64,000 nt of DNA, from positions 2,789 to 66,788 of the forward strand of contig CAZAKT010000005.1 in the NCBI GenBank assembly GCA_964486135.1, in the 5' to 3' direction. A model generated the notes under the pieces. That model worked only from the letters and a program-made list of their open reading frames with translations, was not told where the DNA came from and did not search any database. The DNA comes from an uncultured Mageeibacillus sp. (lineage in GTDB: Bacteria; Bacillota; Clostridia; Saccharofermentanales; DTU023). Position 1 is the stretch's first letter. The number at the start of each line of letters is the position of its first letter. Position numbers and translations under genes: made by a program. Positions 45,070-53,730 of this stretch are shown in pieces.

Positions 45070-46969
45070 GGCCTGCCTCCGGTAAACAGATCGTGACCTC
45101 GGTGCCCTGTCCGGCTTGACTGACAAGTTCGACCGAAGCCTCGGGGATGAGCTTGATTTTCTTGAAAATATTCTGGATGCCTACCCGTTCCGACTCGCCC
45201 TTGAGGATGCTCGCCACCACTTCAGGCGCCATACCGGCTCCATCGTCGGAAACGGTGATCCTGACTCGATTGCCTTCACAACGGTCGACCTTGATGCCGA
45301 CCGTCCCCGGCGACCCTTTCGGTACGATACCGTGCCTGATCGCGTTTTCCGCCAGCGGTTGCAGGGTAAGCGGCGGGATCCTGGCCCCAAGGTCCGAATT
45401 GATTTCCAGTGACAGATTCAATTTGTCGCCATAGCGGAGCTTCTCGATTTCCAGATAGGCGATGACATAGTCAATTTCATCTTCCAGCGATATCAGGCCT
45501 TTATGGAGATGGAGGTCCAGCTTCCCCCGGAAATACAAGGCCAGATTGCGCAGGGCCTCCCTGGTCTTGTGGCTGTCCTCATAGCTCAAGGCGATGATGG
45601 TATTGAGGGTATTGTAAAGAAAATGCGGTGATATCTGGGAGAAGAAATACTTGAATTCCTTTTCGAGACGCTCTTCCGACAGCTCCGTCGCCTCAAGATA
45701 TTCCAGTTGCAGTTTCCTGGTTATCATGAGGGTCATGCTGACCAGGACGAGAAGGAGAAGCATTTCCGAAAAATAGTTAACCCGGGTCTCAAAGATCAAC
45801 TTGAGTAACATGGAAATCCAATAGGAGGCGAGGACGCCGGCGACCACCAGCATATATTCAACCGACTCAACACGCCGCCTCAAGGCCTTTGCCAGGATGA
45901 AGGAGATGTAGCCATAGGACAAGACCGTACTGGCCACAATCAGGTATTGGATGATCTGATAGGACAGGGGGGTGACAGACAAGGTAACCGTCAGGACAAG
46001 CAACAGGGTAGCCAGGAGTGACAGCTTGATGACAAGGAAGACCCGCCTGTTGATCAACTGGCTGAAATAATACCTGGCGAATAACAAGAAGGCCAGGCTC
46101 CCTCCCACGACCGAGAAGGCTTCGATGATAATGCGGCCATAAAAACTATAGGAGAAGATCAGCGCCAGATTTTGATTGTTCATGGCCAGAAGATGAATGC
46201 CCATGAGATAGCAAGCCAGACTGAAGTAAAGAAAGGCCCTGGAGGGGTTCCTTACCAGGTATACCAAGGTAAAGATGACCCCAACGATAAAGAAGGAAAC
46301 AGCAACAAAGAGTTCGAATGCCCTTTCACGGTAGGTTTGCCTCAAGATACTGTCAGGTGTGCCGAAGAGCAGGGGCTTCAATATCCCCCCGTGCTGGAAT
46401 AGATAGTTGGCCACCTGAACCACAATCTCGATCTCCCCCTCCTGGCTGGCAACAAAACCCTCACAAAAACGGCTGGCCGGCTTGTAGGAATCGGCCTCAC
46501 CGGACGGCTCTCCCAGGCAGATCACCTCTTGTCCGTTGAGATAGATACGGGCGGAGCTTCGGATGGTATTGGTCTTGATCGCGTAGAGGGCGTCATCCTT
46601 CACCTTGACAAGAAGACGATAGCTGGCAAAGCCCCGGGATCTGCTCCCTGTCTCCTGGGAAAGATCCCAGGATGAAGGGGTCTTGATGTATTGACTGCTA
46701 GCGCTGGAAGCTTGAAAGACTTCGATGAACTCACCGGGGAAAAATTCCCAGTCCCCGTTCAGTTCGACAGGCCCCGACTGATCCAGATCCAGGTCCGAAA
46801 GGTCCAGGACACCCCTAACGGCCTGATAATCAGGATCTGACAGCTGGAGGTTATCAAAGAGGAGAAAAAGCAGGGAGGCCAGGACAATCAATAGTGACAG
46901 CATGGCCGACACCAAGTATTTCGGCTGGCGGGTACTCTCTCTGTCGGGAAAATCTTTACTTCTCTTCAT
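45062..46969 (-). CDS. Sensor histidine kinase, LytS/YehU-type catalytic core with 7TMR-DISM-like sensor
   Basis: 635 aa; N-terminal extracytoplasmic domain, about 7 TM, H-box SQISPHFLYNTLN, HATPase block LQPLAENAIRHG...SDDGAGM. Confidence 0.85.
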   Translation of the reverse strand: MKRSKDFPDRESTRQPKYLVSAMLSLLIVLASLLFLLFDNLQLSDPDYQAVRGVLDLSDLDLDQSGPVELNGDWEFFPGEFIEVFQASSASSQYIKTPSSWDLSQETGSRSRGFASYRLLVKVKDDALYAIKTNTIRSSARIYLNGQEVICLGEPSGEADSYKPASRFCEGFVASQEGEIEIVVQVANYLFQHGGILKPLLFGTPDSILRQTYRERAFELFVAVSFFIVGVIFTLVYLVRNPSRAFLYFSLACYLMGIHLLAMNNQNLALIFSYSFYGRIIIEAFSVVGGSLAFLLFARYYFSQLINRRVFLVIKLSLLATLLLVLTVTLSVTPLSYQIIQYLIVASTVLSYGYISFILAKALRRRVESVEYMLVVAGVLASYWISMLLKLIFETRVNYFSEMLLLLVLVSMTLMITRKLQLEYLEATELSEERLEKEFKYFFSQISPHFLYNTLNTIIALSYEDSHKTREALRNLALYFRGKLDLHLHKGLISLEDEIDYVIAYLEIEKLRYGDKLNLSLEINSDLGARIPPLTLQPLAENAIRHGIVPKGSPGTVGIKVDRCEGNRVRITVSDDGAGMAPEVVASILKGESERVGIQNIFKKIKLIPEASVELVSQAGQGTEVTICLPEAGHA

Positions 46970-46983
46970 GGCCGCTGATCATA

Positions 46984-46999
46984 ATTCGCTCGAGCGAAT
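46984..46999. repeat. Perfect 16-bp palindrome ATTCGCTCGAGCGAAT in the kinase 5' UTR
   Basis: Read directly from the sequence; lies 15 nt upstream of the kinase ATG (46969). Confidence 0.6.
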
Positions 47000-47081
47000 G
47001 CATCCCTTGTCCTGCCCAGGGCTTGCACTACCTAAGGATACTATAGCTAATGAATAAAATAGAAAAAGAAGTGCCGACTTG

Positions 47082-47115
47082 AAAAAGGGACGCCGGCCTC
47101 CACGGCTGGCGTCCC
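47082..47115 (-). terminator. Rho-independent terminator after the Tim44-like gene
   Basis: Stem GGGACGCCGGCC/GGCTGGCGTCCC (47087-47115): 12 bp on the plus strand (one G-T); that pair becomes a C.A mismatch on the transcribed minus strand. Followed on the minus strand by TTTTT (47086-47082). Confidence 0.75.
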
Positions 47116-47137
47116 CCTTTGTATTTATCCAGGACCC

Positions 47138-48070
47138 TTAGATGGTCTGCTGGGCAATCCCCCTGATATTGGACAGTACCCAGTCAAATTCAGGCGCCGT
47201 CACGATGGAGAGGCAATAGCTACAACGCGCTGATTGGGTCAAATCGATCGGGGCGCCGCAATGCGGGCAGTTGCGACTGGTTTCCTTGGCGCCATCAAGA
47301 TCGGGCGCCGGGGTCCTGACCCCGATGGAGCGGATCATAGTCCACTCATAGGTCATAAATTTCTCCCGTTTCGGATCCCCACTCACCAGCTTGCCTGTCG
47401 CCCGGTCAATTGTATAGTCAGTAATCCGGGTCGTCAGACGGATGACCAGATTGTCATTTTGATCGTCTTGATAAAACTGTTTCAGGGCGACATTCATTAT
47501 GGCAATCCGCTCGATCCGATTGATTTGGCCGCGGCTGATCAATTCCTGCAACTGCCGGCCCATCTGGCTGAAAAGATCATCCGTCAGCCGGGCCCGCATG
47601 GGCTCCCAATCCTGTGTCTCCCAGGCTCTCTGCATCTCTGAATAGAGATTGGAGACTTTTTCGCGCATCTCGGCTTCAGTAAAGAAGGGGTCTTGTTGCC
47701 TTATCTGATCGGCAATAGCGGTTGATTGCTCAGGCGGAACCGTGGTGACTGCCGGGCTGGTGCCCCTCCCGCCTTTTTGCTTGTTCCTGAAGATGAAGAA
47801 AACGATGATGATGAAGATGATGAAGCCTATTGGAAGCCCCCCACCGCTGGAGCCACCGAAGCTCCCGCTGCTCGAAGAACCAAAATCGCTGCCGCCGCTC
47901 GAACCTCCCCAGCTTGGTGGATCAAAATTGTAATCACTGTCGCCGCCAAAAAAACCTGCGTCGCCCGGGCTCGGATAGAATTGAACACCGGCATGGACCA
48001 CTGAACTGAAGAATAATGAGAATACAAGCAAGGCCAACAGTACAAGGGTGGTTCCGGCCGTTCGTTTCAT
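47138..48070 (-). CDS. Tim44-like domain membrane protein with C-terminal zinc ribbon
   Basis: 310 aa; signal peptide, Gly/Ser-rich stretch, TM, Tim44-like core (QDPFFTEAEMREKV...WEPMRARLTDDLF), CPHCGAP...CSYC; AAGGAGGG RBS. Confidence 0.7.
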   Translation of the reverse strand: MKRTAGTTLVLLALLVFSLFFSSVVHAGVQFYPSPGDAGFFGGDSDYNFDPPSWGGSSGGSDFGSSSSGSFGGSSGGGLPIGFIIFIIIVFFIFRNKQKGGRGTSPAVTTVPPEQSTAIADQIRQQDPFFTEAEMREKVSNLYSEMQRAWETQDWEPMRARLTDDLFSQMGRQLQELISRGQINRIERIAIMNVALKQFYQDDQNDNLVIRLTTRITDYTIDRATGKLVSGDPKREKFMTYEWTMIRSIGVRTPAPDLDGAKETSRNCPHCGAPIDLTQSARCSYCLSIVTAPEFDWVLSNIRGIAQQTI

Positions 48071-48194
48071 AGCTATCCGCCCTCCTTTTCTAGCCTACAT
48101 CTTATACTAAAAAAAGGGGAACCGCTATGAAGGGCAGGGGCCTTTTCCGCCAATCAGCGAAAGCCCCTGTCCACCAGGCAAGGCAGGGGAATTA

Positions 48195-49091
48195 TCAGTG
48201 TTGGCCCTTGCCGGCCGGCTTGCTTCGGTAGAGACGGATCAGGGCCTGGGTTCCCAGATCCTGGTCCCCGTCCCCGGCCATGGCCTCATAGAGATCCAGA
48301 ACCGTGTGAAGCATGGGCAGATCCACCCCTCTTGCCGCCATCTCCTCTTCGACAATACGCATATCCTTGATGAAATGCTTGATAAAAAAACCGGGTTCAT
48401 GGTCGCCGGACAGGACCCTGGGCGCCATGTTGGCCAACTGCCAGCTCCCCGCCGCGCCGGCCCCAATGGCCTGAAGCAGGGTCTCCGGATCAAGTCCCGT
48501 CTTTTCAGCATAGAAGAGGGCCTCGGTCATGGCCGCCGTTGCGCCTGCCACCGCGATCTGGTTGGCGGCCTTGGCATGTTGCCCACTCCCCGCCGGCCCC
48601 ATGTAGACGATATTTTTCCCCAGTAGATTGAAGAGGGGAAGGGCGCGATCGAAAGCCGCCCTGTCGCCACCGACCATGATGGAGAGGGTCCCTTCACGGG
48701 CACCGACATCACCCCCTGATACAGGCGCATCCAGAAAATCGAGGCCGGCGTCGGCCGCTTGCCGGAAGAGCTCACTCGCCAGGGTGGGAGATGAGGTTGT
48801 CATATCGATTACCAGTGTCCCCGCTTTCGCAGAATCGAAGACGCCGCCTTCCCCCGTCATAACCTGCCGGACATCTTCAGGATAGCCGACAATGCTGATG
48901 ACGGCCTGGGCCTCCCTTACCGCTTCCGCGATCGAACCCGCGCATACGGATCCGGTGGCACATGCAGTTGCCTCGGCCTTATCCCTGCTTCTATTGTAGA
49001 CAGTGACCTGGTAGCCCTGCCGGCTGAGATGGCCTACCATGGAGGCGCCCATCACGCCGGTCCCAATAAAACCGATTCGCTCCAAGGCCAT
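48195..49091 (-). CDS. NAD(P)-dependent beta-hydroxyacid dehydrogenase (HIBADH/tartronate-semialdehyde reductase family)
   Basis: 298 aa; IGFIGTGVMG Rossmann, DAPVSGG, and the GxGQxxKxxNQ block. Confidence 0.85.
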   Translation of the reverse strand: MALERIGFIGTGVMGASMVGHLSRQGYQVTVYNRSRDKAEATACATGSVCAGSIAEAVREAQAVISIVGYPEDVRQVMTGEGGVFDSAKAGTLVIDMTTSSPTLASELFRQAADAGLDFLDAPVSGGDVGAREGTLSIMVGGDRAAFDRALPLFNLLGKNIVYMGPAGSGQHAKAANQIAVAGATAAMTEALFYAEKTGLDPETLLQAIGAGAAGSWQLANMAPRVLSGDHEPGFFIKHFIKDMRIVEEEMAARGVDLPMLHTVLDLYEAMAGDGDQDLGTQALIRLYRSKPAGKGQH

Positions 49092-49096
49092 ACCCC

Positions 49097-49960
49097 TTAT
49101 ACCCCTCTCTCCGACATGATCAGATCAATCTCATCCGGATTGAGACCGACCATGGCTTCGCCCAGATCTTCGGATACACGGGCCAGGCGCTCGGGATCGT
49201 CGTAATGTTCACAGGCTTCGACAATAGCCCTGGCCCGTTTGACTGGGTCGCCCGATTTGAAGATCCCCGATCCAACGAAGACACCCTCTGCGCCCAGTTG
49301 GCGCATAAGAGCTGCATCAGCGGGGGTCGCGACCCCGCCGGCGGAAAAATTGGCAACGGGCAGTCTGCCCTCCTTGTGGACATATCTCAGAAGATCCAGG
49401 GGAACCGCGAGATCGCGCGCCCGGACATAGAGCTCATCCTCACTCAAGGCCGCAACATCACGGATCTGTTCATTCATCTTCCGCAGGTGCTTGACAGCCT
49501 CAGCCACATCCCCGGTACCCGGTTCACCCTTGGTCCGCATCATGGCAGCGCCCTCCGCAATACGCCGAAGCGCCTCATCGAGGCCCCGGGCCCCGCATAC
49601 GAAGGGGATCTCAAATTTGGTCTTGTCGATATGGTAAACCTGATCGGCCGGTGTCAGCACTTCGCTCTCATCGACAAAGTCGACACCGATTGCCTGCAGG
49701 ATCTGCGCTTCAACAAAGTGGCCAATTCGAACCTTGGCCATGACCGGAATCCTGACCGCCTTCATAATGGCCTTGATCATGGCGGGATCACTCATTCGTG
49801 AAATGCCACCGGCTGCCCGGATATCGGCGGGAACGCGCTCAAGGGCCATAACCGAGACGGCACCGGCCGCTTCGGCGATCTTCGCCTGCTCGACGTTGAC
49901 AACATCCATAATGACGCCGCCCCTGAGGCTTTCAGCCAAGGCACGATCGAATTTTTTCAT
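49097..49960 (-). CDS. pdxS: Pyridoxal 5'-phosphate synthase lyase subunit PdxS
   Basis: ATG 49960 (GGGAGG RBS) gives [34 protein letters not shown]..., 287 aa; highly conserved PdxS blocks throughout. Confidence 0.95.
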   Translation of the reverse strand: MKKFDRALAESLRGGVIMDVVNVEQAKIAEAAGAVSVMALERVPADIRAAGGISRMSDPAMIKAIMKAVRIPVMAKVRIGHFVEAQILQAIGVDFVDESEVLTPADQVYHIDKTKFEIPFVCGARGLDEALRRIAEGAAMMRTKGEPGTGDVAEAVKHLRKMNEQIRDVAALSEDELYVRARDLAVPLDLLRYVHKEGRLPVANFSAGGVATPADAALMRQLGAEGVFVGSGIFKSGDPVKRARAIVEACEHYDDPERLARVSEDLGEAMVGLNPDEIDLIMSERGV

Positions 49961-50007
49961 CAGAACTAAACCTCCCACTCAGCTTCTATGACTAATGCCG
50001 GATATGC

Positions 50008-50034
50008 AAAAAAAGGCCTCCAATACCGGAGGTC
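50008..50034 (-). terminator. Terminator-like hairpin + T7 inside the pdxS 5' leader (candidate attenuator)
   Basis: Minus strand GACCTCC-GGTATT-GGAGGCC (5 GC-rich bp, one A.C mismatch, then G-C), followed by TTTTTTT (50014-50008), 48 nt before the pdxS ATG. Upstream GATACCG can pair with CGGTATT of the hairpin (alternative structure). Confidence 0.35.
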
Positions 50035-50072
50035 ATGCTGCTTGATTTGTAACCCATCACGGTATCGCTCCC

Positions 50073-50101
50073 AGTATACGCCGCTGTCCCCTATTACGCA
50101 A
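50073..50101 (-). promoter_or_regulatory. Candidate pdxS promoter (TTGCGT-17 nt-TATACT)
   Basis: Minus strand: TTGCGT (50101-50096), exact 17-nt spacer, TATACT (50078-50073). Implies a leader of about 105 nt. Confidence 0.5.
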
Positions 50102-50141
50102 GAAATTGATCCGGCAGGGAGGGCTTTATCGGGCCTTGGAA

Positions 50142-50192
50142 TTGACAGTCCCCTCCTATATCGATATTATGTTATCGATATAGGAGGGGACT
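50142..50192 (+). promoter_or_regulatory. rex promoter (TTGACA-17 nt-TATTAT) embedded in a perfect 20-bp/6-nt/20-bp inverted repeat
   Basis: TTGACA 50142-50147; TATTAT 50165-50170. Inverted repeat AGTCCCCTCCTATATCGATA (50147-50166) / TTATGT / TATCGATATAGGAGGGGACT (50173-50192). The right arm contains the rex SD (GGAGGGG) and abuts ATG 50193. Confidence 0.6.
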
Positions 50193-50807
50193 ATGGCAGT
50201 CAGACCTTTCTCGCTTCAAACACTGCAGCGTTTACCCTATTACCTTGACTATCTACGGGGGATGGATACGGAGCATATCTCCGCAACCACCCTGGCCGGT
50301 GAATTCGGCCTGAATGAAGTCCAGGTCCGCAAGGACCTGGCCTCCGTCAGCCGTCAAGCGGGCCGGCCCCGCAAGGGTTTCAACAGAATGGCCCTGATAG
50401 GCGATATTGAGGATGTCCTGGGCTATGGCAGGATCGATAAGGCCATCATCGTTGGGGTGGGCCACCTGGGGACAGCCCTTGCCAACTACGGGGGATTTGA
50501 AAACTACGGTCTAAAGATCGTGGCAGGTTTCGATAAAAAAATGGAAGTGGAAGGTCGGCTGAATGATATGCCTGTCTACCCTTCCGGAACCCTGGTCGAC
50601 CAGGTCAGGCGCTTGGGGGTCAGGCTGGGGATCATTACGGTGGATGCTGCCGAGGCCCAGCTGGTTTGTGACAGGCTGGTGGAAGCCGGTATCGAGGCCA
50701 TCTGGAATTTTGCGCCTGTCCTCCTCCAGGTACCCGAGGGGATCATCGTCCAAAATGAGAACATGGCCTGCGCGCTCGCTGTCCTGAGTCACCATCTGCG
50801 TGGCTGA
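50193..50807 (+). CDS. rex: Redox-sensing transcriptional repressor Rex
   Basis: 204 aa; LQRLPYYLDYL...ISATTLAGEFGLNEVQVRKDL wHTH and VGVGHLGTALANY Rossmann. Confidence 0.9.
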   Translation: MAVRPFSLQTLQRLPYYLDYLRGMDTEHISATTLAGEFGLNEVQVRKDLASVSRQAGRPRKGFNRMALIGDIEDVLGYGRIDKAIIVGVGHLGTALANYGGFENYGLKIVAGFDKKMEVEGRLNDMPVYPSGTLVDQVRRLGVRLGIITVDAAEAQLVCDRLVEAGIEAIWNFAPVLLQVPEGIIVQNENMACALAVLSHHLRG

Positions 50808-50838
50808 GGGGGGTCTTGAAAGACAAGGGGTTTAGCTT

Positions 50839-52557
50839 ATGACTGATTTCAACAAACAAGATAAGAGCATCAATATCATCGATACCAACCTGGCCAACTG
50901 CGTCGACTGTTACCGCTGTGTCCGCGCCTGCCCCGTCAAGGCCATCCGGGTAACGGGCGGGCACGCCCGCGTGGAAAGCGAGCTCTGCATCCAGTGCGGT
51001 ACCTGCGTCCACGAGTGTCCCCAACATGCAAAAATAATCTATCCTTCCCTGGGCGAGGTCAAGGCCCTGATTGAGTCAGGTGCCCGGGTTGCTGCCACAG
51101 TCGCCCCCTCCTTTCCTGCGGCCTTCCCCGACTGGCAAAGCAAACGGATCGCGGCGGCCCTCCGGCATCTGGGTTTCTTCTATGTCGGCGAAACAGCCGA
51201 TGGGGCGGAGGCCATTTCAAGGGAGTCCCTCCGTCAGATGGAGGCGGGAAGCATCTTCTCAGCCTGCCCTGCCGTGGTCCGCTACATCGAGCAGGAAAAA
51301 CCGGAATTCCTGGACAGGATGATCCCGGTTGCCTCCCCCATGATCGGTCATGCCAGGATCTTGAGAAAACGCTTGGGCCAGGAGATAAAAATTGTCTTCA
51401 TCGGTCCCTGCGCGGCAAAAAAACAGGAAATCCTCCGACCTGAAAACCGGGGTGATGTCCAGGTTGTCCTCACTTTCGCCGAACTGGCCCAGTGGTTCGA
51501 AGAGGAGGGCGTCGACCTCCGGCAACTTCCGGTCGAAGCTTTCGATGACGAGGGCGGCTATGATCTGGCCCGCCTCTTCCCCCTCGAGGGGGGCATGCTT
51601 AAAACCTGCGGGATCTCCGTCGATGCCTCCACAGGCGACATCGTCCATCCCTGCGGAGCGTCGGCCATTGAGGCCCTCTTTGAGATACCGGTTGGTGAAT
51701 GGGACTTCCAGGCCGCTGAACCCCTCTTTTGCGAAGGAGGCTGCATCGGGGGACCCGGCTTCCCCTTTGAGGCTAATCTGTTCCAGCGCCGGCGCTTTGT
51801 CCTCGACTATGTCAAGGAAAAGGCCAGGGGGCTCCCTCCCACGCTGGAGGAAGGGGTTGATTTCAGTGTTTCCTTTGAAAAGCGGCGCAAAACCCTCTCC
51901 CTCTCCGATGTAAGTGACGTGGACATCGAGCGGGTCCTCTTTGAGACGGGCAAGGCGGATGAAAGCGAACGGCTGAACTGCGGCGCCTGTGGCTACCGGA
52001 GCTGCCGCGAAAAAGCCGCTGCCGTCGTTCTCGGCCTGGCCGAGGCTTCCATGTGCATCCCGCAGATGAGGCGGCTGGCCGAAAGAAAAATTGACCATAT
52101 CATTGAACTCTCACCTGTTGGAATTGTCGTGCTTGACAAGGATCTGCACATCCAGCATATGAATCCGGCCTTCAGGGATATGTTCCTTTGCACCGACCTG
52201 GTCATCGGGCGTGAGATCAGCTACCTGATCCAGGCCGATGGCTACGAGGCTGCCGCCTCCGGCGCGGGTGACGCCATTGAGGCAGTACGCGCCAAATACG
52301 GCAAACGCTACCATGAAATTGTCTACCGGTCTGAGGACGACAGCCAGTACATCGGCTTCTACCTGAATCTTTCCAAGATCAAGCTGGATGGCAATCAGAT
52401 GGATCTTATCCGGGAGCAAACGGTTAACCAGGCCCGGGAACTGCTCCAGCATCAGATCGAATTCGCCCAGAATATGGCCCAGTATCTTGGTGAAAGCACG
52501 GCCGAAAGCGAAGCCCTGGTCAAGCATATGATCAACCTTTACGAGGAACAGACCTAG
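50839..52557 (+). CDS. hydS: Sensory [FeFe]-hydrogenase-like protein (HydS type: 2x[4Fe-4S] + H-domain + Cx2Cx4Cx16C + PAS)
   Basis: 572 aa; CVDCYRCVRACP and CIQCGTCVHECP. H-cluster motifs are altered as in HydS (FSACPAV instead of TSCCP; GPCAAKKQE; FCEGGCIGGPG). CGACGYRSCREKAAAVVLGLAEASMC four-Cys motif; C-terminal PAS (IELSPVGIVVLDKDLHIQHMNPAF). Confidence 0.85.
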   Translation: MTDFNKQDKSINIIDTNLANCVDCYRCVRACPVKAIRVTGGHARVESELCIQCGTCVHECPQHAKIIYPSLGEVKALIESGARVAATVAPSFPAAFPDWQSKRIAAALRHLGFFYVGETADGAEAISRESLRQMEAGSIFSACPAVVRYIEQEKPEFLDRMIPVASPMIGHARILRKRLGQEIKIVFIGPCAAKKQEILRPENRGDVQVVLTFAELAQWFEEEGVDLRQLPVEAFDDEGGYDLARLFPLEGGMLKTCGISVDASTGDIVHPCGASAIEALFEIPVGEWDFQAAEPLFCEGGCIGGPGFPFEANLFQRRRFVLDYVKEKARGLPPTLEEGVDFSVSFEKRRKTLSLSDVSDVDIERVLFETGKADESERLNCGACGYRSCREKAAAVVLGLAEASMCIPQMRRLAERKIDHIIELSPVGIVVLDKDLHIQHMNPAFRDMFLCTDLVIGREISYLIQADGYEAAASGAGDAIEAVRAKYGKRYHEIVYRSEDDSQYIGFYLNLSKIKLDGNQMDLIREQTVNQARELLQHQIEFAQNMAQYLGESTAESEALVKHMINLYEEQT

Positions 52558-52560
52558 GCC

Positions 52561-53700
52561 ATGCTCCACTACGACCTGGAAATCCGCCAGCACCGGAAGG
52601 AGGGGAACTACCTATGTGGCGACCACACGGTCGCCTTCAGCTTCAAGGATTCCTACTATTTCGCCATCTTCGACGGGATCGGCTCCGGCGTCTTTGCCAA
52701 CCTGGCCGCCATCGGCAATGCGGGCCGTTGGAGCAGGATGATCCGGGAGGGCATATCCATCAGTGAGGCCTGCGAGATAATCGCGTCCGACATGGACCAG
52801 ACAAGAAGCGCCCACTCCCCCTTTACCGCCTTTTCCGCCCTCATGCTGACCCGCTACGGGAATGCCCTCCTCTACGCCTTCGAGGCGCCAAAGGCGATCC
52901 TGAGACGCGGCAGGGTCTCTCAAGTCCTTGAGCCCCACCTTTATGACATTGGAGGGGGGCAACTGGGAGAAACGAGACTTGACCTTGAAGAGGGGGATGT
53001 GCTCTTCCTTTTCAGTGACGGAGTAGCCCAGGCTGGCCTTGGCAAGGCCTATCCGCTCGGCTGGGGCGAGGCTGGCGCAGCCTCCTACCTCCAGGTCTGC
53101 AGCAGGGAATACCCCGACAGCGAGATTCTTGACCATCTCATCCAACGTTGCCAGCTCCTTTCCGGCGACAGCCATGCGGATGACACGACAGCCCTCATGA
53201 TCAAGGCCGTAAAAGCCAAACACCTCAGCCTCTTCTCGGGACCGCCGGCCTCCCGGGGTCAGGACAAGGCCTTCGCGGAAGCCTTCGAAAATGCGGCGGG
53301 CCACCGGGTGATCTGCGGCTCTTCAACGGCCGAGGTCCTGGCACGGGAACTCCGCGTCCGCCTCTCCTTCCTGTCCGAGGGTGAGGGCATGCATTCGCCA
53401 CCCCAGTATTTTATGAAGGGGGCGGACCTGGTCACGGAAGGGGCCCTGGCTCTCAACCAGGCGACCAACCTGCTGGAGGCCGACCCGCTTGAAATCCAGG
53501 GGGACACGCCCGCGGAGCAACTGGCCCGCTTCCTGCTGAAGGCCGATGTAATTGATATCTATGAAGGCAAGGCCAGGAACGAGGCCCACCGTGCCCTCTT
53601 TTTCCGCCAACTGGGTATCAGGCCACGCAAGGAGGCCCTGCGAAGCATTATGCAGGCCCTTGAGGACAGGGGCAAAAGGATTCATTACCACGCTTTCTAA
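52561..53700 (+). CDS. PP2C/SpoIIE-family serine phosphatase with uncharacterised C-terminal domain
   Basis: 379 aa; FAIFDGIGSG and LFLFSDGVAQAG PPM-type metal-binding motifs. The C-terminal about 150 aa is unassigned. Starts 3 nt after the hydS stop. Confidence 0.8.
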   Translation: MLHYDLEIRQHRKEGNYLCGDHTVAFSFKDSYYFAIFDGIGSGVFANLAAIGNAGRWSRMIREGISISEACEIIASDMDQTRSAHSPFTAFSALMLTRYGNALLYAFEAPKAILRRGRVSQVLEPHLYDIGGGQLGETRLDLEEGDVLFLFSDGVAQAGLGKAYPLGWGEAGAASYLQVCSREYPDSEILDHLIQRCQLLSGDSHADDTTALMIKAVKAKHLSLFSGPPASRGQDKAFAEAFENAAGHRVICGSSTAEVLARELRVRLSFLSEGEGMHSPPQYFMKGADLVTEGALALNQATNLLEADPLEIQGDTPAEQLARFLLKADVIDIYEGKARNEAHRALFFRQLGIRPRKEALRSIMQALEDRGKRIHYHAF

Positions 53701-53730
53701 GCGGGCCTGGCCTCGTGATATGATACGGAC

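Noticed and set aside
50147-50192. Interpreting the rex inverted repeat as a Rex operator or a ModE operator
   Set aside because: It does not fit TTGTGAA-N-TTCACAA. It shares TATA/CGAT elements with E. coli ModE sites, but with the half-site order inverted. No assignment is justified.
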